Source: Eledone cirrhosa (taxonomy: Eukaryota). Taken from it: 64,000 nucleotides of DNA. The notes under the pieces were generated by a model, which made no database searches, was not told the DNA's origin, and saw nothing but the letters and a program-made list of their open reading frames with translations. The stretch is from the NCBI GenBank assembly GCA_964016885.1, contig OZ024743.1:336288001-336352000 (forward strand). The letters are read 5' to 3'. The first letter of the stretch is position 1, and each line of letters starts with the position of its first letter. Both the position numbers and the translations under genes were made by a program. Shown piece by piece: positions 1 through 12,000 of the stretch.

Positions 1-3000
1 TTCCAGTCTGTCTCCTTCCCTCTTTATCTCTGTCTGTATCTTCCAGTCTGTCTCCTTCTCTCTTTCTCTCTCTCTCTATCTTCCAGTCTGTCTCCTTCCC
101 TCTTTCTCTCTGTCTCTATCTTCCAGTCTGTCTCCTTAACTCTTTCTCTCTGTCTCTATCTTCTAGTCTGCCTCCTTCCCTCTTTCTCTCTATCTCTATC
201 TTCCAGTCTGTCTCCTTCCCTCTTTCTCTCTGTCTCTATCTTCCAGTCTGTCTCCTTCCCTCTTTCTCTCTGTCTCTATCATCCAGTCTGTCTCCTTCTC
301 TCTTTCTCTCTGTCTCTATCTTCCAGTCTGTCTCCTTCCCTCTTTCTCTCTGTCTCTATCTTCCAGTCTGTCTCCTTCTCTCTTTCTCTCTCTCTCTATC
401 TTCCAGTCTGTCTCCTTCCCTCTTTCTCTCTGTCTCTATCTTCCAGTCTGTCTTCTTAACTCTTTCTCTCTGTCTCTATCTTCCAGTCTGCCTCCTTCCC
501 TCTTTCTCTCTATCTCTATCTTCCAGTCTGTCTCCTTCCCTCTTTCTCTCTGTCTCTATCTTCCAGTCTGTCTCCTTCCCTCTTTCTCTCTATCTCTATC
601 TTCCAGTCTGGCTCCTTCCCTCTTTCTCTCTGTCTCTATCTTCCAGTCTGTCTCCTTCCCTCTTTCTCTCTGTCTCTATCTTCCAGTCTGTCTCCTTAAC
701 TCTTTCTCTCTGTCTCTATCTTCCAGTCTGCCTCCTTCCCTCTTTCTCTCTATCTCTATCTTCCAGTCTGTCTCCTTCCCTCTTTCTCTCTGTCTCTATC
801 TTCCAGTCTGTCTCCTTCCCTCTTTCTCTCTATCTCTATCTTCCAGTCTGGCTCCTTCCCTCTTTCTCTCTGTCTCTATCTTCCAGTCTGTCTCCTTCCC
901 TCTTTCTCTCTGTCTCTATCTTCCAGTCTGTCTCCTTCCCTCTTTCTCTCTGTCTCTATCTTCCAGTCTGTCTCCTTCCCTCTTTCTCTCTGTCTCTATC
1001 TTCCAGTCTGTCTCCTTCCCTCTTTCTCTCTGTCTCTATCTTCCAGTCTGTCTCCTTCTCTCTTACTCTCTGTCTCTATCTTCAAGTCTGTCTCCTTCCC
1101 TCTTTCTCTCTGTCTCTATCTTCCAGTCTGTCTCCTTCTCTCTTTCTCTCTCTCTCTATCTTCCAGTCTGTCTCCTTCCATCTTTCTCTCTGTCTCTATC
1201 TTCCAGTCTGTCTCCTTACCCCTTCCTCTCTGTCTCTATCTTCCAGTCTGCCTCCTTCCCTCTTTCTCTCTGTCTCTATCTTCCAGTCTGTCTCCTTCCC
1301 TCTTTCTCTCTGTCTCTATCTTCCAGTCTGTCTCCTTCTCTCTTTCTCTATGTCTCTATCTTCCAGTCTGTCTACTTCCCTCTTTCTCTTTGTCTCTATC
1401 TTCCAGTCTGCCTCCTTCCCTCTTTCTCTCTGTCTCTATCTTCCAGTCTGTCTCCTTCCCTCTTTCTCTTTGTCTCTATCTTCCAGTCTGTCTCCTTCCC
1501 TTATTCTCTTTGTCTCTATCTTCCAGTCTGTCTCCTTCCCTCTTTCTCTCTGTCTCTATCTTCCAGTCTGTCTCCTTCCATCTTTCTCTCTGTCTCTATC
1601 TTCCAGTCTGCCTCCTTCCCTCTTTCTCTCTGTCTCTATCTTCCAGTCTGTCTCCTTCCCTCTTTCTCTCTATCTCTATCTTCCAGTCTGCCTCCTTCTC
1701 TCTTTCTCTCTGTCTCTGTCTTCCAGTCTGTTTCCTTCCCTCTTTCTCTCTGTCTCTATCTTCCAGTCTGTCTCCTTCCCTCTTTCTCTCTGTCTCTATC
1801 TTCCAGTCTGTCTCCTCCTCTCTTTCTCTATGTCTCTATCTTCCAGTCTGTCTCCTTCTCTCTTTCTCTCTGTCTCTATCTTCCAGTCTGTCTCCTTCTC
1901 TCTTTCTCTCTGTCTGTATCTTCCAGTCTGTCTCCTTCCCTCTTTCTCTCTGTCTCTATCTTCCAGTCTGTCTCCTTCTCTCTTTCTCTCTGTCTCTATC
2001 TTCCTGTCTGTCTCCTGCCCTCTTTCTCTCTCTCTCTATCTCTAGTCTGTCTCCTTCCCTCTTTCTCTCTGTCTCTATCTTCCAGTCTGTCTCCTTCCCT
2101 CTTTCTCTCTGCCTCTATCTTCCAGTCTGCTTCCTTCCTTCTTTCTCTCTGTCTCTATCTTCCAGTCTGTCTCCTTCCCTCTTTCTCTATGTCTCTATCT
2201 TCCAGTCTGTCTCCTTCTCGCTTTCTCTCTGTCTCTATCTTCCAGTCTGTCTCCTTCCCTCTTTCTCTCTGTCTCTATCTTCCAGTCTGTCTCCTTCCCT
2301 CTTTCTCTCTGTCTCTATCTTCCAGTCTGTCTCCTTCCCTCTTTCTCTCTGTCTCTATCTTCCAGTCTGTCTCCTTCCCTCTTTCTCTCTGTCTCTATCT
2401 TCCAGTCTGTCTCCTTCCCTCTTTCTCTCTGTCTCTATCTTCCAGTCTGTCTCCTTCTCTCTTTCTCTCTGTCTCTATATTCCAGTCTGTCTCCTTCCCT
2501 CTTTCTCTCTGTCTCTATCTTCCAGTCTGTCTCCTTCTCTCTTTCTCTCTCTCTCTATCTTCCAGTCTGTCTCCTTCCCTCTTTCTCTCTGTCTCTATCT
2601 TCCAGTCTGTCTCCTTAACTCTTTCTCTCTGTCTCTATCCTTCCAGTCTGCCTCCTTCCCTCTTTCTCTCTATCTCTATCTTCCAGTCTGTCTCCTTCCC
2701 TCTTTCTCTCTGTCTCTATCTTCCAGTCTGTCTCCTTCCCTCTTTCTCTCTATCTCTATCTTCCAGTCTGGCTCCTTCCCTCTTTCTCTCTGTCTCTATC
2801 TTCCAGTCTGGCTCCTTCCCTCTTTCTCTCTGCCTCTATCTTCCAGTCTGTTTCCTTCCATTTTTCTCTCTGTCTCTATCTTCCAGTCTGTCTCCTTCCC
2901 TCTTTCTCTCTATCTCTATCTTCCAGTCTGTCTCCTTCCCTCTTTCTCTCTGTCTCTATCTTCCAGTCTGTCTCCTTCCCTCTTTCTCTCTATCTCTATC

Positions 3001-6000
3001 TTCCAGTCTGGCTCCTTCCCTCTTTCTCTCTGTCTCTATCTTCCAGTCTGTCTCCTTCCCTCTTTCTCTCTGTCTCTATCTTCCAGTCTGTCTCCTTCCC
3101 TCTTTCTCTCTGTCTCTATCTTCCAGTCTGTCTCCTTCCCTCTTTCTCTCTGTCTCTATCTTCCAGTCTGTCTTCTTCCCTCTTTCTCTCTGTCTCTATC
3201 TTCCAGTCTGTCTCCTTCTCTCTTTCTCTCTCTCTCTATCTTCCAGTCTGTCTCCTTCCCTCTTTCTCTCTGTCTCTATCTTCCAGTCTGTCTCCTTACC
3301 TCTTTCTCTCTGTCTCTATCTTCCAGTCTGCCTCCTTCCCTCTTTCTCTCTGTCTCTATCTTCCAGTCTGTCTCCTTCCCTCTTTCTCTCTGTCTCTATC
3401 TTCCAGTCTGTCTCCTTCTCTCTTTCTCTATGTCTCTATCTTCCAGTCTGTCTCCTTCCCTCTTTCTCTTTGTCTCTATCTTCCAGTCTGTCTCCTTCCC
3501 TCTTTCACTCTGTCTCTATCTTCCAGTCTGTCTCCTTCTCTCTTTCTCTCTCTCTCTATCTTCCAGTCTGTCTCCTTCCATCTTTCTCTCTGTCTCTATC
3601 TTCCAGTCTGTCTCCTTACCTCTTTCTCTCTGTCTCTATCTTCCAGTCTGCCTCCTTCCCTCTTTCTCTCTGTCTCTATCTTCCAGTCTGTCTCCTTCCC
3701 TCTTTCTCTTTGTCTCTATCTTCCAGTCTGTCTCCTTCCCTCTTTCTCTTTGTCTCTATCTTCCAGTCTGCCTCCTTCCCTCTTTCTCTCTGTCTCTATC
3801 TTCCAGTCTGTCTCCTTCCCTCTTTCTCTCTGTCTCTATCTTCCAGTCTGCCTCCTTCCCTCTTTCTCTCTGTCTCTATCTTCCAGTCTGTCTCCTTCCC
3901 TCGTTCTCTCTATCTCTATCTTCCAGTCTGCCTCCTTCTCTCTTTCTCTCTGTCTCTGTCTTCCAGTCTGTTTCCTTCCCTCTTTCTCTCTGTCTCTATC
4001 TTCCAGTCTGTCTCCTTCTCTCTTTTTCTCTGTCTCTATCTTCCAGTCTGTCTCCTTCCCTCTTTCTCTCTGTCTCTATCTTCCAGTCTGTCTCCTCCTC
4101 TCTTTCTCTATGTCTCTATCTTCCAGTCTGTCTCCTTCTCTCTTTCTCTCTGTCTCTATCTTCCAGTCTGTCTCCTTCTCTCTTTCTATCTGTCTCTATC
4201 TTCCAGTCTGTCTCCTTCCCTCTTTCTCTCTGTCTCTATCTTCCAGTCTGTCTCCTTCTCTCTTTCTCTCTGTCTCTATCTTCCAGTCTGTCTCCTGCCC
4301 TCTTTCTCTCTCTCTCTATCTCTAGTCTGTCTCCTTCCCTCTTTCTCTCTGCCTCTATCTTCCAGTCTGCTTCCTTCCCTCTTTCTCTCTGTCTCTATCT
4401 TCCAGTCTGTCTCCTTCCCTCTTTCTCTATGTCTCTATCTTCCAGTCTGTCTCCTTCTCTCTTTCTCTCTGTCTCTATCTTCCAGTCTGTCTCCTTCCCT
4501 CTTTCTCTCTGTCTCTATCTTCCAGTCTGTCTCCTTCTCTCTTTCTCTCTGTCTCTATCTTCCTGTCTGTCTCCTGCCCTCTTTCTCTCTCTCTCTATCT
4601 CTAGTTTGTCTCCTTCCCTCTTTCTCTCTGCCTCTATCTTCCAGTCTGCTTCCTTCCCTCTTTCTCTCTGTCTCTATCTTCCAGTCTGTCTCCTTCCCTC
4701 TTTCTCTATGTCTCTATCTTCCAGTCTGTCTCCTTCTCTCTTTCTCTCTGTCTCTATCTTCCAGTCTGTCTCCTTCACTCTTTCTCTCTGTCTCTATCTT
4801 CCAGTCTGTCTCCTTCTCTCTTTCTCTCTGTCTCTATCTTCCTGTCTGTCTCCTGCCCTCTTTCTCTCTCTCTCTATCTCTAGTTTGTCTCCTTCCCTCT
4901 TTCTCTCTGTCTCTATCTTCCAGTCTGTCTCCTTCCCTCTTTCTCTCTGCCTCTATCTTCCAGTCTGCTTCCTTCCCTCTTTCTCTCTGCCTCTATCTTC
5001 CAGTCTGCTTCCTTCCCTCTTTCTCTCTGTCTCTATCTTCCAGTCTGTCTCCTTCCCTCTTTCTCTATGTCTCTATCTTCCAGTCTGTCTCCTTCTCTCT
5101 TTCTCTCTGTCTCTATCTTCCAGTCTGTCTCCTTCCCTCTTTCTGTCTGTCTCTATCTCCCAGTCCGTCTCCTTCTCTCTTTCTCTCTGCCTCTATCTTC
5201 CAGTCTGCTTCCTTCCTTCTTTCTCTCTGTCTCTATCTTCCAGTCTGTCTCCTTCCCTCTTTCTCTATGTCTCTATCTTCCAGTCTGTCTCCTTCTCGCT
5301 TTCTCTCTGTCTCTATCTTCCAGTCTGTCTCCTTCCCTCTTTCTCTCTGTCTCTATCTTCCAGTCTGTCTCCTTCCCTCTTTCTCTCTGTCTCTATCTTC
5401 CAGTCTGTCTCCTTCCCTCTTTCTCTCTGTCTCTATCTTCCAGTCTGTCTCCTTCCCTCTTTCTCTCTGTCTCTATCTTCCAGTCTGTCTCCTTCCCTCT
5501 TTCTCTCTGTCTCTATCTTCCAGTCTGTCTCCTTCTCTCTTTCTCTCTGTCTCTATATTCCAGTCTGTCTCCTTCCCTCTTTCTCTCTGTCTCTATCTTC
5601 CAGTCTGTCTCCTTCTCTCTTTCTCTCTCTCTCTATCTTCCAGTCTGTCTCCTTCCCTCTTTCTCTCTGTCTCTATCTTCCAGTCTGTCTCCTTAACTCT
5701 TTCTCTCTGTCTCTATCCTTCCAGTCTGCCTCCTTCCCTCTTTCTCTCTATCTCTATCTTCCAGTCTGTCTCCTTCCCTCTTTCTCTCTGTCTCTATCTT
5801 CCAGTCTGTCTCCTTCCCTCTTTCTCTCTATCTCTATCTTCCAGTCTGGCTCCTTCCCTCTTTCTCTCTGTCTCTATCTTCCAGTCTGGCTCCTTCCCTC
5901 TTTCTCTCTGCCTCTATCTTCCAGTCTGTTTCCTTCCATTTTTCTCTCTGTCTCTATCTTCCAGTCTGTCTCCTTCCCTCTTTCTCTCTATCTCTATCTT

Positions 6001-9000
6001 CCAGTCTGTCTCCTTCCCTCTTTCTCTCTGTCTCTATCTTCCAGTCTGTCTCCTTCCCTCTTTCTCTCTATCTCTATCTTCCAGTCTGGCTCCTTCCCTC
6101 TTTCTCTCTGTCTCTATCTTCCAGTCTGTCTCCTTCCCTCTTTCTCTCTGTCTCTATCTTCCAGTCTGTCTCCTTCCCTCTTTCTCTCTGTCTCTATCTT
6201 CCAGTCTGTCTCCTTCCCTCTTTCTCTCTGTCTCTATCTTCCAGTCTGTCTCCTTCCCTCTTTCTCTCTGTCTCTATCTTCCAGTCTGTCTCCTTCTCTC
6301 TTTCTCTCTCTCTCTATCTTCCAGTCTGTCTCCTTCCCTCTTTCTCTCTGTCTCTATCTTCCAGTCTGTCTCCTTACCTCTTTCTCTCTGTCTCTATCTT
6401 CCAGTCTGCCTCCTTCCCTCTTTCTCTCTGTCTCTATCTTCCAGTCTGTCTCCTTCCCTCTTTCTCTCTGTCTCTATCTTCCAGTCTGTCTCCTTCTCTC
6501 TTTCTCTATGTCTCTATCTTCCAGTCTGTCTCCTTCCCTCTTTCTCTTTGTCTCTATCTTCCAGTCTGTCTCCTTCCCTCTTTCACTCTGTCTCTATCTT
6601 CCAGTCTGTCTCCTTCTCTCTTTCTCTCTCTCTCTATCTTCCAGTCTGTCTCCTTCCATCTTTCTCTCTGTCTCTATCTTCCAGTCTGTCTCCTTACCTC
6701 TTTCTCTCTGTCTCTATCTTCCAGTCTGCCTCCTTCCCTCTTTCTCTCTGTCTCTATCTTCCAGTCTGTCTCCTTCCCTCTTTCTCTTTGTCTCTATCTT
6801 CCAGTCTGTCTCCTTCCCTCTTTCTCTTTGTCTCTATCTTCCAGTCTGCCTCCTTCCCTCTTTCTCTCTGTCTCTATCTTCCAGTCTGTCTCCTTCCCTC
6901 TTTCTCTCTGTCTCTATCTTCCAGTCTGCCTCCTTCCCTCTTTCTCTCTGTCTCTATCTTCCAGTCTGTCTCCTTCCCTCGTTCTCTCTATCTCTATCTT
7001 CCAGTCTGCCTCCTTCTCTCTTTCTCTCTGTCTCTGTCTTCCAGTCTGTTTCCTTCCCTCTTTCTCTCTGTCTCTATCTTCCAGTCTGTCTCCTTCTCTC
7101 TTTTTCTCTGTCTCTATCTTCCAGTCTGTCTCCTTCCCTCTTTCTCTCTGTCTCTATCTTCCAGTCTGTCTCCTCCTCTCTTTCTCTATGTCTCTATCTT
7201 CCAGTCTGTCTCCTTCTCTCTTTCTCTCTGTCTCTATCTTCCAGTCTGTCTCCTTCTCTCTTTCTATCTGTCTCTATCTTCCAGTCTGTCTCCTTCCCTC
7301 TTTCTCTCTGTCTCTATCTTCCAGTCTGTCTCCTTCTCTCTTTCTCTCTGTCTCTATCTTCCAGTCTGTCTCCTGCCGTCTTTCTCTCTCTCTCTATCTC
7401 TAGTCTGTCTCCTTCCCTCTTTCTCTCTGCCTCTATCTTCCAGTCTGCTTCCTTCCCTCTTTCTCTCTGTCTCTATCTTCCAGTCTGTCTCCTTCCCTCT
7501 TTCTCTATGTCTCTATCTTCCAGTCTGTCTCCTTCTCTCTTTCTCTCTGTCTCTATCTTCCAGTCTGTCTCCTTCCCTCTTTCTCTCTGTCTCTATCTTC
7601 CAGTCTGTCTCCTTCTCTCTTTCTCTCTGTCTCTATCTTCCTGTCTGTCTCCTGCCCTCTTTCTCTCTCTCTCTATCTCTAGTTTGTCTCCTTCCCTCTT
7701 TCTCTCTGCCTCTATCTTCCAGTCTGCTTCCTTCCCTCTTTCTCTCTGTCTCTATCTTCCAGTCTGTCTCCTTCCCTCTTTCTCTATGTCTCTATCTTCC
7801 AGTCTGTCTCCTTCTCTCTTTCTCTCTGTCTCTATCTTCCAGTCTGTCTCCTTCCCTCTTTCTCTCTGTCTCTATCTTCCAGTCTGTCTCCTTCTCTCTT
7901 TCTCTCTGTCTCTATCTTCCTGTCTGTCTCCTGCCCTCTTTCTCTCTCTCTCTATCTCTAGTTTGTCTCCTTCCCTCTTTCTCTCTGTCTCTATCTTCCA
8001 GTCTGTCTCCTTCCCTCTTTCTCTCTGCCTCTATCTTCCAGTCTGCTTCCTTCCCTCTTTCTCTCTGCCTCTATCTTCCAGTCTGCTTCCTTCCCTCTTT
8101 CTCTCTGTCTCTATCTTCCAGTCTGTCTCCTTCCCTCTTTCTCTATGTCTCTATCTTCCAGTCTGTCTCCTTCTCTCTTTCTCTCTGTCTCTATCTTCCA
8201 GTCTGTCTCCTTCCCTCTTTCTGTCTGTCTCTATCTCCCAGTCCGTCTCCTTCTCTCTTTCTCTCTGTCTCTATCTTTCAGTCTGTCTCCTTCCCTCTTT
8301 CTCTCTGTCTCTATCTTCCAGTCTGTCTCCTTCCCTCTTTCTCTCTGTCTCTATCTTCCAGTCTGTCTCCTTCCCTCTTTCTCTCTGTCTCTATCTTCCA
8401 GTCTGTCTCCTTCCCTCTTTCTCTCTGTCTCTATCTTCCAGTCTCTCTCCTTCTCTCTTTTTCTCTGTCTCTATCTTCCAGTCTGTCTCCTTCCCTCTTT
8501 ATCTCTGTCTGTATCTTCCAGTCTGTCTCCTTCTCTCTTTCTCTCTCTCTCTATCTTCCAGTCTGTCTCCTTCCCTCTTTCTCTCTGTCTCTATCTTCCA
8601 GTCTGTCTCCTTAACTCTTTCTCTCTGTCTCTATCTTCTAGTCTGCCTCCTTCCCTCTTTCTCTCTATCTCTATCTTCCAGTCTGTCTCCTTCCCTCTTT
8701 CTCTCTGTCTCTATCTTCCAGTCTGTCTCCTTCCCTCTTTCTCTCTGTCTCTATCATCCAGTCTGTCTCCTTCTCTCTTTCTCTCTGTCTCTATCTTCCA
8801 GTCTGTCTCCTTCCCTCTTTCTCTCTGTCTCTATCTTCCAGTCTGTCTCCTTCTCTCTTTCTCTCTCTCTCTATCTTCCAGTCTGTCTCCTTCCCTCTTT
8901 CTCTCTGTCTCTATCTTCCAGTCTGTCTTCTTAACTCTTTCTCTCTGTCTCTATCTTCCAGTCTGCCTCCTTCCCTCTTTCTCTCTATCTCTATCTTCCA

Positions 9001-12000
9001 GTCTGTCTCCTTCCCTCTTTCTCTCTGTCTCTATCTTCCAGTCTGTCTCCTTCCCTCTTTCTCTCTATCTCTATCTTCCAGTCTGGCTCCTTCCCTCTTT
9101 CTCTCTGTCTCTATCTTCCAGTCTGTCTCCTTCCCTCTTTCTCTCTGTCTCTATCTTCCAGTCTGTCTCCTTAACTCTTTCTCTCTGTCTCTATCTTCCA
9201 GTCTGCCTCCTTCCCTCTTTCTCTCTATCTCTATCTTCCAGTCTGTCTCCTTCCCTCTTTCTCTCTGTCTCTATCTTCCAGTCTGTCTCCTTCCCTCTTT
9301 CTCTCTATCTCTATCTTCCAGTCTGGCTCCTTCCCTCTTTCTCTCTGTCTCTATCTTCCAGTCTGTCTCCTTCCCTCTTTCTCTCTGTCTCTATCTTCCA
9401 GTCTGTCTCCTTCCCTCTTTCTCTCTGTCTCTATCTTCCAGTCTGTCTCCTTCCCTCTTTCTCTCTGTCTCTATCTTCCAGTCTGTCTCCTTCCCTCTTT
9501 CTCTCTGTCTCTATCTTCCAGTCTGTCTCCTTCTCTCTTACTCTCTGTCTCTATCTTCAAGTCTGTCTCCTTCCCTCTTTCTCTCTGTCTCTATCTTCCA
9601 GTCTGTCTCCTTCTCTCTTTCTCTCTCTCTCTATCTTCCAGTCTGTCTCCTTCCATCTTTCTCTCTGTCTCTATCTTCCAGTCTGTCTCCTTACCCCTTC
9701 CTCTCTGTCTCTATCTTCCAGTCTGCCTCCTTCCCTCTTTCTCTCTGTCTCTATCTTCCAGTCTGTCTCCTTCCCTCTTTCTCTCTGTCTCTATCTTCCA
9801 GTCTGTCTCCTTCTCTCTTTCTCTATGTCTCTATCTTCCAGTCTGTCTACTTCCCTCTTTCTCTTTGTCTCTATCTTCCAGTCTGCCTCCTTCCCTCTTT
9901 CTCTCTGTCTCTATCTTCCAGTCTGTCTCCTTCCCTCTTTCTCTTTGTCTCTATCTTCCAGTCTGTCTCCTTCCCTTATTCTCTTTGTCTCTATCTTCCA
10001 GTCTGTCTCCTTCCCTCTTTCTCTCTGTCTCTATCTTCCAGTCTGTCTCCTTCCATCTTTCTCTCTGTCTCTATCTTCCAGTCTGCCTCCTTCCCTCTTT
10101 CTCTCTGTCTCTATCTTCCAGTCTGTCTCCTTCCCTCTTTCTCTCTATCTCTATCTTCCAGTCTGCCTCCTTCTCTCTTTCTCTCTGTCTCTGTCTTCCA
10201 GTCTGTTTCCTTCCCTCTTTCTCTCTGTCTCTATCTTCCAGTCTGTCTCCTTCCCTCTTTCTCTCTGTCTCTATCTTCCAGTCTGTCTCCTCCTCTCTTT
10301 CTCTATGTCTCTATCTTCCAGTCTGTCTCCTTCTCTCTTTCTCTCTGTCTCTATCTTCCAGTCTGTCTCCTTCTCTCTTTCTCTCTGTCTGTATCTTCCA
10401 GTCTGTCTCCTTCCCTCTTTCTCTCTGTCTCTATCTTCCAGTCTGTCTCCTTCTCTCTTTCTCTCTGTCTCTATCTTCCTGTCTGTCTCCTGCCCTCTTT
10501 CTCTCTCTCTCTATCTCTAGTCTGTCTCCTTCCCTCTTTCTCTCTGTCTCTATCTTCCAGTCTGTCTCCTTCCCTCTTTCTCTCTGCCTCTATCTTCCAG
10601 TCTGCTTCCTTCCTTCTTTCTCTCTGTCTCTATCTTCCAGTCTGTCTCCTTCCCTCTTTCTCTATGTCTCTATCTTCCAGTCTGTCTCCTTCTCTCTTTC
10701 TCTCTGTCTCTATCTTCCAGTCTGTCTCCTTCCCTCTTTCTCTCTGTCTCTATCTTCCAGTCTGTCTCCTTCCCTCTTTCTCTCTGTCTCTATCTTCCAG
10801 TCTGTCTCCTTCCCTCTTTCTCTCTGTCTCTATCTTCCAGTCTGTCTCCTTCCCTCTTTCTCTCTGTCTCTATCTTCCAGTCTGTCTCCTTCCCTCTTTC
10901 TCTCTGTCTCTATCTTCCAGTCTGTCTCCTTCTCTCTTTCTCTCTGTCTCTATATTCCAGTCTGTCTCCTTCCCTCTTTCTCTCTGTCTCTATCTTCCAG
11001 TCTGTCTCCTTCTCTCTTTCTCTCTCTCTCTATCTTCCAGTCTGTCTCCTTCCCTCTTTCTCTCTGTCTCTATCTTCCAGTCTGTCTCCTTAACTCTTTC
11101 TCTCTGTCTCTATCCTTCCAGTCTGCCTCCTTCCCTCTTTCTCTCTATCTCTATCTTCCAGTCTGTCTCCTTCCCTCTTTCTCTCTGTCTCTATCTTCCA
11201 GTCTGTCTCCTTCCCTCTTTCTCTCTATCTCTATCTTCCAGTCTGGCTCCTTCCCTCTTTCTCTCTGTCTCTATCTTCCAGTCTGGCTCCTTCCCTCTTT
11301 CTCTCTGCCTCTATCTTCCAGTCTGTTTCCTTCCATTTTTCTCTCTGTCTCTATCTTCCAGTCTGTCTCCTTCCCTCTTTCTCTCTATCTCTATCTTCCA
11401 GTCTGTCTCCTTCCCTCTTTCTCTCTGTCTCTATCTTCCAGTCTGTCTCCTTCCCTCTTTCTCTCTATCTCTATCTTCCAGTCTGGCTCCTTCCCTCTTT
11501 CTCTCTGTCTCTATCTTCCAGTCTGTCTCCTTCCCTCTTTCTCTCTGTCTCTATCTTCCAGTGTGTCTCCTTCCCTCTTTCTCTCTGTCTCTATCTTCCA
11601 GTCTGTCTCCTTCCCTCTTTCTCTCTGTCTCTATCTTCCAGTCTGTCTCCTTCCCTCTTTCTCTCTGTCTCTATCTTCCAGTCTGTCTCCTTCTCTCTTT
11701 CTCTCTCTCTCTATCTTCCAGTCTGTCTCCTTCCCTCTTTCTCTCTGTCTCTATCTTCCAGTCTGTCTCCTTACCTCTTTCTCTCTGTCTCTATCTTCCA
11801 GTCTGCCTCCTTCCCTCTTTCTCTCTGTCTCTATCTTCCAGTCTGTCTCCTTCCCTCTTTCTCTCTGTCTCTATCTTCCAGTCTGTCTCCTTCTCTCTTT
11901 CTCTATGTCTCTATCTTCCAGTCTGTCTCCTTCCCTCTTTCTCTTTGTCTCTATCTTCCAGTCTGTCTCCTTCCCTCTTTCACTCTGTCTCTATCTTCCA